NCBI GenBank assembly: GCA_965645245.1
Contig: OZ287069.1
Span: forward strand, 2,790,001-2,854,000
DNA length: 64,000 bases
Direction of reading: 5' to 3'
DNA from: Massalongia carnosa
Taxonomy: Eukaryota
Shown: piece by piece, positions 1 through 10,873 of the stretch
How positions within the stretch are numbered: the stretch's first letter is position 1
Layout: each line of letters starts with the position of its first letter
The notes under the pieces: model-generated
The model's input: the letters and a program-made list of their open reading frames with translations, nothing else
Database searches by the model: none
Told to the model about the DNA's origin: nothing
Position numbers and translations under genes: made by a program

Positions 1-3000
1 TCTGATAGGAAGACCTTGATTTTGTGCATAGGAAGGTTTGAGCTTTCCCCGCACTGCAGATTTTAGATATGAGGGAGATTCTAATAGACAAGTATTTGTC
101 GACTCCTGATCGTCTGTTTGTGAGCGATCCCCGTGGAATAATAGACTCTCAAGAAGAGCCGGGCAGTTCCGCTTCAAACGAATCATTTGCAGAGTGATCT
201 CCAAATCGGTATGACGAAACGAGCCATTCAAAAGAGCGACAACAGTGAAGAGGATAGCGGCTTTCACTAAAAGCTGTCGCTCTGGCTTTCGATGATTTGT
301 TGACAATACAGCTTGCTTAAAAAAGCGATGTTTGTCTTCTCCAAAGAGTACATTAACGTTCCACAGAACACCATACTCCTGCATGACTCTTTCGAAATGT
401 ATACCGATATGAAAGTTTGGCAGCTTATTGGCTTCGCCATTCCGAGCAGTCATTGACGCAGAAAGTCCCATGTTGGTATCTGATGCAAGATTATCAACGG
501 ACGCCTCTTCAAATGAAGTGTCCGTGTCACCATCAAGGAAGTTTATGGATGTTTCAGAAATCGATGCTCGTCTAGAACTGGAAGACAACCCTTCAGTGAC
601 AAAATCACTTTTCTCGTTGTCTTTCTTCTTTCCTTGTCCTTTTGGATTTTGTGCTGCATTCATCAGACCTAAAAAATATTGTCGAGCATTGATGATTTGA
701 CTGTGAAATTCTTGACGATCTTTAAGGGATAACTCGAAAGACGAGATTAACGTGTTACTCCATGCGAGTTTCCCAAAGCAAAACACTATCAAATCTTCAT
801 CTGAAGCGCAATGGCGACATTCTTTAGGAAACTGGATTTTTAATCCATTTCGAAAAGGCTGTCGTACATGATGGTTTCTTAACCAAGAGCGAAGAAGTAG
901 AGGTATTACGACTGAGGCACGAGCGCATTCGCTCATACTCCATGAGGCCATATGTATAGCCGGAGACTGTATTCGACCCCAGCCAGGTGGAAACGGAAAA
1001 CAGTGCAAGGCAGCTGTAAACTCTTCAGCAGCCCGTTTCGTGAGTATTTTCGTGTAAAGAAGAGGGTACAATCTTCGTACCAGTCCGTAATACTCGCTAT
1101 GAGCCGGATCCGGTGGACAACTCATGATAAGATCAAGCGCCGGGGTTAATGTCTGAAGCGCAGAAGATTCGAATTTGAGCCCATTTCGTGTAAGATATGC
1201 CAGTCTCTTTGTCTTTCGTTTTATTGCTAGGCTTTTTTTTCGTATAGCCAACACCTCATGATGATAACGACCATGAAGTAGAATATCCCGCTGCAAATCT
1301 CCTCGATTATGAAGGCCCGCATCACAAAAGCGACAACAATAGTTGGCACGAGGCCCAAGAAACCCTCCGGAGGCTTGCTGCTGCTTCATATCACCAAGAT
1401 ATGCTAGAATCGGGGCCCAAGCCGCTTGTTTCTGTCCATTGATTTCAAGAATGCAACCACGATCCATGTTTCCCAAACTGGTATGAAGACAGTTCATCAC
1501 ATCGTTAAAATCAGATCCGTGCGGGCCAAGAGCAATGGTGTAAGCATTAAAACTCTTTTGACGTTCCGAGGCGGGCAAGCCTGCTGGCATGGCATAAACA
1601 CCTGTGATGGAACGATACATGTTTCGATATAACCCGAAATCGTCGATGAAAATGACTAGAGGATATGACTGAACTCCTTTAATTAGCTGTGAGATTAGGT
1701 ACTCTCGACCAAAGACCTCCAATTCTAATTCCGCTCGAATCGGTGATGAAAGATTGATTGATCTAAGATCTCCTCGCGTGACATTGAATATCTGACGAAT
1801 TAAGACAGGCGTTGTAGACCGTAACTGATCATCCCTACAAACTGCAACATCGAAACGGCGAGCTAGAACATGCTCGGATAAGACATCTTGATCCGCGTCT
1901 TCTATCAAAAGCAACTGATCTTCGGGCCAGTCAAACGTGACTGGAACTGAATATTCGTCGACGTTCTTTCTACTTATCAAAGGACGAACCCTGACAAGAG
2001 TTTGACCTAGGGTCAGAGATCGCGATCTTTGATCACGTCCAAAAAATATGACCTGTCCGCAGTGATTATCATGAATAATTCCACATTTATCATTGCCACA
2101 GCGATACTGCACAATGTCAGAGGGGAAAATAGGGGATGAATCGGGAAATCTCGCAAAATCAGTGGAACATGTGCGAATAGAAGAACCCCAACTGTTTGAG
2201 TGCCAGTATTCCGAAGGACTATCAACGATCTCTGCCATACCGATATGAATGTTTCGTTGAGTCGTGGCTGAAAGTAAGATACTGATGACAGTTCGAGTAT
2301 CAAAGTAATAGACGTTCGCTTGAGCCGGTCTTGGTGTTCCGGTGGGTTGTTTTTCTCGTCGTACTGATATCGCTGCCTTCTGAATGGATGGAAGGGGAAG
2401 GCGCTTACGGCACCAGGAGTGCAAAGTTGATAGTCGCTTTGGCAAATTTCGCACTTCATGAATGTCTAACAGTTGCAAAACTTCGAGCAGGCCATCATAG
2501 GTGCGTCGCTTGATGCCTTCTTTATCACACCAGAGACCAAGAGCCAAGCAGAAATCCGATATTTCTCCTCGTACTGGGCGGGAGGGCACCCGGATATCAT
2601 CATCAATCGTGCTTTCAGAAGCAGAAGAGGCAAACTCGTTGAAAGACTCAGCGGTGTCTGTGCTTTCTATATCAAATTCCGCGAGTTGATTGGATGATAA
2701 TGTCATGATAGCATTTGAAGAAATTAAGCCGACAGCAAAGGCCGATGTATCAGCGATTGAAGTAGGTCGAGTATTAACCTTTTGAAGCTCTTCATCAGTT
2801 TCCCGCTCATAATCACTATTTTGATCGAATGCCGTCTCTATATCGGCTGGGAAATTGTCTTGAACGTGTTGTTCAGGAATTTGATTAGACGATGATTGAA
2901 TTTTATCGAGATTCTCTATGGTTCTCTTCTTATGCGTCATTGCTATTGGTTCTGAGCTCTGAGTCTGCTTTTGCTCCTCATGAATATGTGCAGAACTGTG

Positions 3001-3024
3001 TTGATATGAAGAACCGGCTTGCAT
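1..3024 (-). CDS. CMC/EnSpm(CACTA)-like DDE transposase, apparently intact, 3' end beyond window start
   Basis: Reading every codon of this minus frame found no stop between 3231 and 1; the first in-frame ATG is at 3024. The ORF track omits it because no stop lies inside the window. Motifs: LGLWCDKEG, WHSNSWGSSIRT, PIFPSD, RAELE, FIDDFGLYRNMYRS (D1), LGPHG, LGDMKQQQ (D2), CCRFC, DPAHSEYYG, PNFHIG, NVLFGEDKHRFFK (E). A short upstream exon from ATG 3317 is possible but unconfirmed. Confidence 0.8.
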   Translation of the reverse strand, partial: MQAGSSYQHSSAHIHEEQKQTQSSEPIAMTHKKRTIENLDKIQSSSNQIPEQHVQDNFPADIETAFDQNSDYERETDEELQKVNTRPTSIADTSAFAVGLISSNAIMTLSSNQLAEFDIESTDTAESFNEFASSASESTIDDDIRVPSRPVRGEISDFCLALGLWCDKEGIKRRTYDGLLEVLQLLDIHEVRNLPKRLSTLHSWCRKRLPLPSIQKAAISVRREKQPTGTPRPAQANVYYFDTRTVISILLSATTQRNIHIGMAEIVDSPSEYWHSNSWGSSIRTCSTDFARFPDSSPIFPSDIVQYRCGNDKCGIIHDNHCGQVIFFGRDQRSRSLTLGQTLVRVRPLISRKNVDEYSVPVTFDWPEDQLLLIEDADQDVLSEHVLARRFDVAVCRDDQLRSTTPVLIRQIFNVTRGDLRSINLSSPIRAELELEVFGREYLISQLIKGVQSYPLVIFIDDFGLYRNMYRSITGVYAMPAGLPASERQKSFNAYTIALGPHGSDFNDVMNCLHTSLGNMDRGCILEINGQKQAAWAPILAYLGDMKQQQASGGFLGPRANYCCRFCDAGLHNRGDLQRDILLHGRYHHEVLAIRKKSLAIKRKTKRLAYLTRNGLKFESSALQTLTPALDLIMSCPPDPAHSEYYGLVRRLYPLLYTKILTKRAAEEFTAALHCFPFPPGWGRIQSPAIHMASWSMSECARASVVIPLLLRSWLRNHHVRQPFRNGLKIQFPKECRHCASDEDLIVFCFGKLAWSNTLISSFELSLKDRQEFHSQIINARQYFLGLMNAAQNPKGQGKKKDNEKSDFVTEGLSSSSRRASISETSINFLDGDTDTSFEEASVDNLASDTNMGLSASMTARNGEANKLPNFHIGIHFERVMQEYGVLWNVNVLFGEDKHRFFKQAVLSTNHRKPERQLLVKAAILFTVVALLNGSFRHTDLEITLQMIRLKRNCPALLESLLFHGDRSQTDDQESTNTCLLESPSYLKSAVRGKLKPSYAQNQGLPIR

Positions 3025-3490
3025 AGACTCATGATCGGGGAAGTCTATCGGTTGACTTTTGAAAGGCTGTGGGTTGGCCTGTGGGACACTGCTTTGAACA
3101 GTGGATGCTGAAACAATCAATGCCTTTTCCACAAGAGGAGGACCCTGGAAACTTAATTCATCAAGGTCCGGTTTATTCAGACTGATATGAAGAAGGCTTA
3201 CTGCTGAGATGATTGAAGTAGTGTCAATGGTTTAGGCTTTCTTCTCTTCCTCAAAACATGACCTTCATCGATCATCATATTCTCCGTCACATCATCCTGA
3301 ATTACACGACGAGGCATCGTGCCTTATGGCTGAGTTCAATTCTGTGCGCAGGTGAGGTATTCTCATGAAGAACTGCTTGTGCGTTGATATTTTAGTTCTT
3401 AGGGCTTTAGCACACTGTTTCAGAACATTACCATTCTTCAGGCTTTCTTCCGATTGCACTATCGTTCATGCTGCTATCACAAATACAATC

Positions 3491-4401
3491 ATGAATATCT
3501 CATCCTCAAATGAAGAAGTCCTTGAACCTATGACACAATCCGAGATAGAATCAGGGCCAATAGCGGCAGAAATATCAACAAAAAAGAGGCGGAGAAGACA
3601 CGCCATTACGTCGGAATGGAAAATAATAGCGATGCGATTGGAGGCTGCTTTGCGGCCATTTGCGCTTCGTTATGGCAAGTTGGACGCAGATCAGATAGCG
3701 CATATCGCACGTACTGCAATCAAGGAAAATGTGGATGACGAAGATATATATTTCAGGAAAGGACTCACCAAAGCGCAGTCCAACGTTTTAACGTGGAAAC
3801 ATCGCTCTCTGACCTGTATGGAAGTATGTAGCTTGCTATTAGCGTTTATACTCGACTTCTGAATTTTGTTAGGACTATGTGAAGTCTGCGATGAGGAGAG
3901 ACAACCCAGGGCTGCTGGAATCCGAGCATGACTCGAGCAGATTATTCAAAGCTTTTGCACAGCAATACGATCCTCACGATGCTGAAACTGTTTTTCCATG
4001 GGCTGCAAAAGATTTGATGTTTCATGAGTCTTCAAAAAAGGGCGTAATGCCTCGAGGACCCTATTGGATTAAAGGTACGTGACAAGGCATGGGAGAACTG
4101 ATGATATTTACATACTGATATGAAACAAGTGTTTTTTCTTAATTTAGCGGTGAAGACGAAGTTGTTCTTGGATGCCCCCAGAGCAGAAGGGACAGATCGA
4201 ACCTTCCTGCTAGAGTTCTATGATACATTTCCCCAAATGGCGAAATACCAAAACATCAATCTACACCATTTCAAATTGAAACCAGCTCGGACAAAACGTC
4301 TGAGAAAGGAATCATCAGACAACCCAGAGACGGAGGAATTTGGTACCATCATGGATGAGATGGAGGTCAAGAACGAAGACGAGGATCAGTTTAGCTCGTG
4401 A
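3491..4401 (+). CDS. Hypothetical ~268-aa protein, putative transposon accessory (TnpA-like role) gene
   Basis: Three ORF pieces join in frame via introns 3824-3872 (GTATGT..TTAG) and 4075-4129 (GTACGT..CTGAT..AAG). It has basic NLS-like patches (KKRRRRH, KRLRKE) and an acidic tail, and lies between the transposase and the subterminal repeats. Confidence 0.65.
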
Positions 4402-4962
4402 ACGCTTTGCTTTTTTTGTACTAGTATGAAGAAAAGATGTTTTGCTTGAAGTTGTTGGTGCAATCCTATTAAGCTTCTCATAGCTTGACCGAAGAAAATG
4501 TTTTGCTTGCACTTGGCTCTAACACAAACTGAAACTTGAAATCTTGTCAACCAAATATCACACTGTTTCAAAGCACTCCTGATTCAAAAGAATCTTGAGC
4601 TAATCTGATGAAATTCTTCAAACGAAGATCGTCCTGAGATGATGTTGTTAGAAACATGCATTCCACGTCATAAGATATCTTACATATAACAAAGTCATGA
4701 GATTGTCTTGAAAACAAAATATCTGAACACTATTTGCTTTCTTGACTGACGTAATCACTATGTAGATAGACTAAGACAAGAACGTTCTAGTGGATAATAT
4801 CTTGAGACCATCTCAAGACCCCCAACCGCCCTTAAGGTAGATAACTAACGAAAGCTTGGCATCAGATTACCAACTTCGTATCACGTGCGTATTCAATCGA
4901 CTCCTTTCGAAAAATCGAAAACCTTCTACTCACTTGTCGTCCTTAAGGATTCAACAACTATA

Positions 4963-7034
4963 ATGGCATCAAAAGTGTGAGTTCACGACCTCTATTAGTC
5001 GCTAATGACCTGAAGTAATCTTTTCCCCTTCTCTCCTCATCTTGTTTCTGACTTTGCTTCTCGGATTTCTTGAAGTTTCCAGTTATTTTCATCCATCGTT
5101 TGCATCAAAATCAATGTCAATGTTGCCAATTCACGTCAGATCACCGCTCTATATATTACTTTCTGGGTGTTATGTTACACGCTGCTACTCAGAATCTTAT
5201 CACTCGCTTTTGAGAGTATATGAAAATTCCCTTAAACTCACTTCAACGTTGACCCCCTAAACGCTTTCCAACCTTCTAACTTTCGCCCAGAATCATCACC
5301 GGCTCAGTGCAGGGACAATTCCCAGCAGTCTTTGAAAAACTGTCAAAATTGCATGCAAAGAACCATTTTTCCCTTGCCATCGTCTTAGGGGATTTATTCG
5401 CGGATCCTACTGAAACTTCCTCTGAAGATAACGAAAACGTGCAAGCGCTCCTGTCCGGTAAAATCCCAGTTCCCTTACCCATCTACTTCACCCTGGGGAA
5501 ATATGCTCTTCCACTGCACATCTCCCAAAAGCTAGGAAACTCAAACGACGAAGTCTGTCCAAATCTCTACTTTCTAGGCAAACGCTCCACTACCAAAACG
5601 TCTGAAGGATTACGAATTGTGAACCTGGGAGGAAGCCTCGATCCCGCCATCACCGCTGGACTTTCCAAAGACCGGTTCCTCCCCTTCCACACCGAAGGTG
5701 ACGCTCATACCCTCCGAGGAGCCAACACCGCCGACATCCTCCTTACAACCCACTGGCCCCTTTCAATTCGCACAGGATCACACGTCGCTATCCCCGATGA
5801 AGCGAAACTGCCCCCCGCAGAGAATTGCGTTGCAGACCTATGCGCTGCCTTGAAACCTCGCTACCATTTCTCCACCTCGGCCCAAACCTTCTACGAGCGC
5901 GAACCTTTTTTTCATACTTCTCTCACGGGCCAGCCGGACACTAGCAGCGTGACCCGTTTTATCAGTCTTGGCGCTTACAATAACCCGGCGGAGCAAAAAT
6001 GGCTCTACGCGTTCTCCATCGACCCTACTGCCTCACAACCCATCAACCTCCCACCAAGAACCACGGCATCTCCCCTCACTTCCTCCAAGAAACGCCCCCA
6101 CCCCTCCCAGGAGGCTGCCTACTCCCGCTTCTCCACTACCACCCACCTGCCCCCATCAAAACGAGCCCGCTTGCCCCCACCAACCCCGCAAGAATGCTTC
6201 TTCTGCCTCTCAAACCCCAATCTAGCAACCCACCTCGTGGCCTCTATCGGCTCCGAATCCTACCTTACCACCGCAAAAGGCCCTCTCACAACCCCCACTA
6301 AATTCCCGAAACTCGCCTGCCCGGCCCACATCCTCATCATTCCCCTCGCCCACACCCCCACTCTATCCGCCATCCCAGACCCCGCGTCCCGCACCGCCAC
6401 GTTAAGAGAAATGCACCGTTACCGTCGCGCTCTACAGTCGTACGTGCACGCGCGTAGCATTCATCTCGATATCTCTCCGGACGCCACCGCCGCCACGACG
6501 GAGCCATTAGGAGCAATCACCTGGAGCGTAAGCCGCGCCAGCGGTGTACACGTGCACTGGCAATTCCTCCCTGTGCCCGCGTCCCTCGTGCACAACGGGC
6601 TCGTCGAAGCCGCCTTCCGCGTCGAGGCCGATAACCTCCACTATCCCACCTTTGCCCCCGCCCTCTCTCCTCCTTCCGCCAGGACGGCTCCTGACACTAA
6701 CGAGAAAACGCCGAAAGAGGAAGAACAGGAGGAGGAAGACACGGGCGATTTCTTCCGCGTCTGGATATGGGCCCCCCCCTCTCCCTCTCCTTCTCCCTCT
6801 CCTAGCGCCACCCCTCGCCCCCCATCAACAGGAACACACACGCTCACACTCACGCTCCCTCTCCTCCCCCACCTCCGCTTCGACGTCCAGTTCGGCCGGC
6901 GCGTTATGGCCAAGCTCCTGGGGCTAGAAGCGCGCCTGCAGTGGTGGGATTGCGCGCAGGAAGTGTGCGAGGAGGAGGCTGACGTCGCGGCGTTCAAGGC
7001 CGGATTTGCGGGGTGGGATTTTTCTAGCGCGTGA
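4963..7034 (+). CDS. CwfJ/CWF19L1 (Drn1-like) lariat-debranching-associated protein
   Basis: Exon 1 4963-4976 (MASKV), intron 4977-5290 (GTGAGT..CTAAC..CAG). N-terminal metallophosphoesterase-like region (GDLF, LKPRYHF, FYEREPF); CwfJ C-terminal region (CFFCLSNP, GVHVHWQ, QFGRRVMAKLLGL, FKAGFAGWDF). Confidence 0.9.
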
Positions 7035-7491
7035 TGGGGGAAGGGGTGAGGGGAGAAGGGAGAGAAAGGGAAATGGAAAGGGAAAGAGAACGAGAAAGAG
7101 AGCAGCAGGGAGTAGGAGGATTTAATATTTCACGCTCATGAGAAATTGGTGGGGGGGGGGTTTGCTTTTTAAGGCGGTGAAATGGTATGCTATGGTACGA
7201 GATGGTAGGGGATGCCAGCCAAAGTCTCCTCGTACATACTACTTAGATGGCATCGCCCAACTTCCGCCTTGAGAATGAACCACCCCCTCCCCCCTTCCCC
7301 CTAGGAATTTTCAATAACCCTCTGCAGAATTTCACAAAAAGTCCTCGGCGATGTAAATACATTGAGTAACCACCTATCCTCATGCCAAAAGGTTGAAGGG
7401 TTTTTAAACAACTAATACTGATACTACTACTACCACTACTAAAACTGTTGCTGTTGCTAACTAACCCACCTACACCCAATGTCTTCGGCGC

Positions 7492-7542
7492 ATCAATGCC
7501 TCCGCCTTATCAATGCCTCCGCCTTATCAATGCCTCCGCCTT
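7492..7542. repeat. Perfect 17-bp tandem repeat x3 (ATCAATGCCTCCGCCTT)
   Basis: Three exact consecutive copies in the gap between two convergent genes. Confidence 0.9.
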
Positions 7543-7845
7543 CTCCATCATCTTAGAAAATGAAAATCGAGTTAGGAAACCATTAGATATCCTCCCAATA
7601 AAGAACTATATCGCATACCCATGCCCATGCTTACCTCATGCCTAACCTTTCCGATTTCGCAATATTTCCCGCCCCATTTCCATCCCATCCCAGTCCCAAT
7701 CCAAATCCCAATCCCAATTATCTAGCACATGCGTTCCTCCCGCAAAGAATACTTTTCGGGTTAAATGTGTGAAATTGGATACGATAGATAGAAAACTTAG
7801 GTGCAAAAAAATCCTTTATGTAATCCTCGAGTTTGTAGGCAAGGT

Positions 7846-9054
7846 TCAAATCGCCCGGCCGGTCCTCTGCGACGGGGTCCGTTCTGGCTGTGGAGTAGCT
7901 GGAAGGTCTTTATCATCGATTGATGGTGGCGGTGGTGGCGAGGGGACCGGGGTGGATGCTGGTTGCCGGATATGTGGTATGATCGAGATAGGATTGGATT
8001 CTGTCAGAGAGCTTGATGCAGGTTTGGGGTCTATCGGGGCGGGTGACGCGCTTGTCATAGATTTAGCGTCTATCGAGGGAGGCTGGGAGCTCTGCTTAAA
8101 CGCTAGGGACTGGGGGCGCTTGTTGTACGGAGACGGTAGCTCGACGGGCTCGTTACCAATAGATGGCTCGTACTGCGTGTTGATGGAGGGAGAGTAGGCC
8201 CGATAAGGCTGCTGCGGCTCCACAAACATGGCGGACTCGTACTTGGTCGTGCTGGTGGCGTAGGGCGAGTATGGCGAGTATGGCGAGTATGGCGAGTAGG
8301 GCCGCGGGGGCGCATAAGGTGAGTAAGGTCGCTGAGATGTGAAAGGAGAATACGGTCGTTGGGCCGAGAAGGGTGAATAAGGTTGCGCTGGAGGAGACGT
8401 GTAACGGTGGTGATTATGAGGAGGCTCCGGGTCACAGAAAGGGTTTTGCCCGGGTAAGGAGCCTTGCGGAGCGTGCATCGAGGTGTGTGGGTTGCGAGTG
8501 GTGATTGGGGTCAACCTTGCCCTAGGCGATGGCTCCTGATGGGCCAGGATCGGAACACTGAGTGCTTGCGTAGGATCCAATCGGCCTAGCTCGACGTCCT
8601 CGTCGTGGCGGCCGTCTGGCACTTTACTCTCCCTGGCTGCGTCCCATATGGGGAGGGAATCGTTGGTTTCCTTCCCTTGCTGGCTGACCTCAAACTCGGC
8701 AGTTTTACGTGTGTCGTGTGGTGGCGGTTGGGGGGTCGGCTGATAGCCATGTGAGGAGGGGGGGTTCGAGGATTTAATACTCCTAGGATCACTTCTGCGC
8801 GAGCCACAGCAGCAGATAAGGCGCACACTGCACCAGATTATTGGGAGTAGCAAAAAACCGCCGACAGCAATGCCGGCAATCACTGGCCATCTGCAAGTGC
8901 TCTTTTAGCGTCTCTTCTTATGTCCAACACTTTGGGGGGTTCCCACAGGGGCGACAACATACTTGCAGTATCCTTTTGACATGCATACCTCCCAGCTGGA
9001 GGCCGTTTGATCTGTGGCATTGCCCATGTTACGTAGAAGAAGAACATGTTCCAT
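7846..9054 (-). CDS. Fungal 'fibroin-3 related' single-pass membrane protein
   Basis: Exon 1 9054-8963, intron 8962-8891 (GTATGT..CAG). Splicing gives SSWEVCMSKGYCKWPVIAGIAVG, then a TM helix, a Cys cluster (LICCCG), AEFE, DSLPIW and a Pro/Tyr-rich tail with PYSPY repeats. Confidence 0.7.
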
Positions 9055-10873
9055 TACAGCGATTTTTTAAAGCTTCAATGATCGTACCCTGACGAGGGAT
9101 GTTGTTGGTACACACGAGGTGAAAGATTGTAAAGACTGGGAGCTGAACTCGACAAGCACAGCTCCAATTAGGTAAAGCTCAAGAGCTTTCTCTTGCACGA
9201 GACATAAATGAGCGAGCAGTTTGCAAACGAAAGGCAATAGAAGAAGGTGAGGAAGGCAGAGAGAAGGAAGGAGGTATTTCGAGAGGGAAACCGCTCGAGT
9301 TTGTAGCCGGGGCTATTAAGCTCAATGTGATGTAGCGCCATCTTCTTCTCGCGCTCTCTCTCGCTCTCTCGCTCTCTCGCTCACGCTCATCGTTCCATTG
9401 AATTGCAGGAGGGCTGACTGCACGGCTGGTCGATTAAGGCTAAGCGGTGCTTGATGCATGAATGTACAAAGTAAGTACTCTGCAAAGGCGTAAACAAATG
9501 TCTATTATGGACGGTAGCCTTGCGACCGGAAGGGAAAGGTTTATTTATATGCAGGTACAGAGTACGGAGGAGTACAGAGTGCAGTGTACAGAGCACAGGC
9601 CAGTACTTAACGCCAGGAGGCGCCACCAAGGGTAAAGAGTACCCGAGTAGTATGTACCCTATATGTGTATAGAGTACAACTGGAGTAACAACAGGTGTAG
9701 GGGCTGGCCGTGGGGTGACGCCCAGTCAGTTCTACGCTGAACCCTTGGTGCTCTAATCATGAGTTTCTGCTGCCCCCAATCCCGGATTGGATCGCTTGTC
9801 CGCACTCATTTCCGGGCGGATGATAGGGCTGTGACCTCATTCATCAATTCACACAACAAAACATAAGAGATTGCCGCATGTCTCTTCGGTATACAACAGC
9901 CCCAAATCCCCGATTGCGTAAGGAAGAAACGATCTGGATAAGTCTATGCCTCCGTACAGAGTAGCTAAGAGAGAATCAATCATCCTCCAAGGGAGAGATT
10001 CTCAACCTGCTCCTCGCCAAGGCTAACAGGGCTGAGGGTGATACACGCTAGGGGTTAATGGATGCAGACGCGGGACACCACGTTGCGTCGGCCGACTTCA
10101 ACCCCAACTCGCCAACCCCTGATACACAGAGGTCAGTGACGCGATGACGTTCTCGTTCGCTCGGCCTTTCTCAACCGTTACCCATGGCGTACAAGCTACT
10201 CGAGGCGAATCTCTTGATAGGGCACGGCAGGTGATTTCACTAGTCCTTGTTCAATCGGGCACCATGCTCATCTGCAGGTGCCAGGTACCGTACTATGGGC
10301 CTTTCGCTTGGATCATGGACCGGTAGCCCTACAGAATCGCGCGCGGTACGGAGGGCGGTCTGAATTGCTCCGAAGACCATGAATAGAAACAACAAAGGGG
10401 TTTCTAATCAAACACCCTGTGCATGGAATATCAAAAACCTAGGAAATGGAGATAGAAGGGAACGTGGGAACAAGTAAAACCACTCAATTGCCGATGATTT
10501 CGGCCAGCTGAATGAGAGAAACTCAAAATCCCCGAAATCCCTAGTATTCAACGCTTTTCTAAAAGAAAATTAGTATATTATCACGAGATGGTGCTTCTAA
10601 TCTCAGAACAAAAATTCCACCGAGTTATTCTGCAGCCCTTCGATAAGGCTGGAACGAGGGTGGCATCGATGCAGGAGCGCAGCAGCGACAGATAATCTTA
10701 CTCGACTGGGCCGTCATCGAACCTCGCTCTTGTACCTAAGGGGATGTAGGGGACCAATGAGATGACTGTGCCTTCTAGGCTACGAATTGATGCTCAGAAG
10801 ATCCTACCTTTACCAGATGAGAGAACTCGCAAGAACTTAGAGCCATCCCATTCCATGATATTAGATAGGATAG

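Larger units (their letters stand above)
1..4837. mobile_element. Two-gene CMC/EnSpm-like DNA transposon (right part only)
   Basis: Contains a transposase and a divergent second gene. An AT-rich segment carries a repeated GTC(N)TGAGAT-like motif (4631, 4667, 4694, 4705, 4799, inverted at 4810) and ends ...AGACCCCCAACCGCCCTTAAGG. The exact terminus (about 4831-4837) cannot be fixed without the other end. Confidence 0.65.

Noticed and set aside
428..2697. Short ORFs listed in the track for the first 2.7 kb
   Set aside because: They are antisense or off-frame shadows of the long minus-strand transposase frame.
4975..5020. Possible stwintron at AAAA-GT-GTGAGT in CwfJ intron 1
   Set aside because: The exonic GT is needed for MASKV-IITG, and removing an internal intron does not rebuild a good donor.
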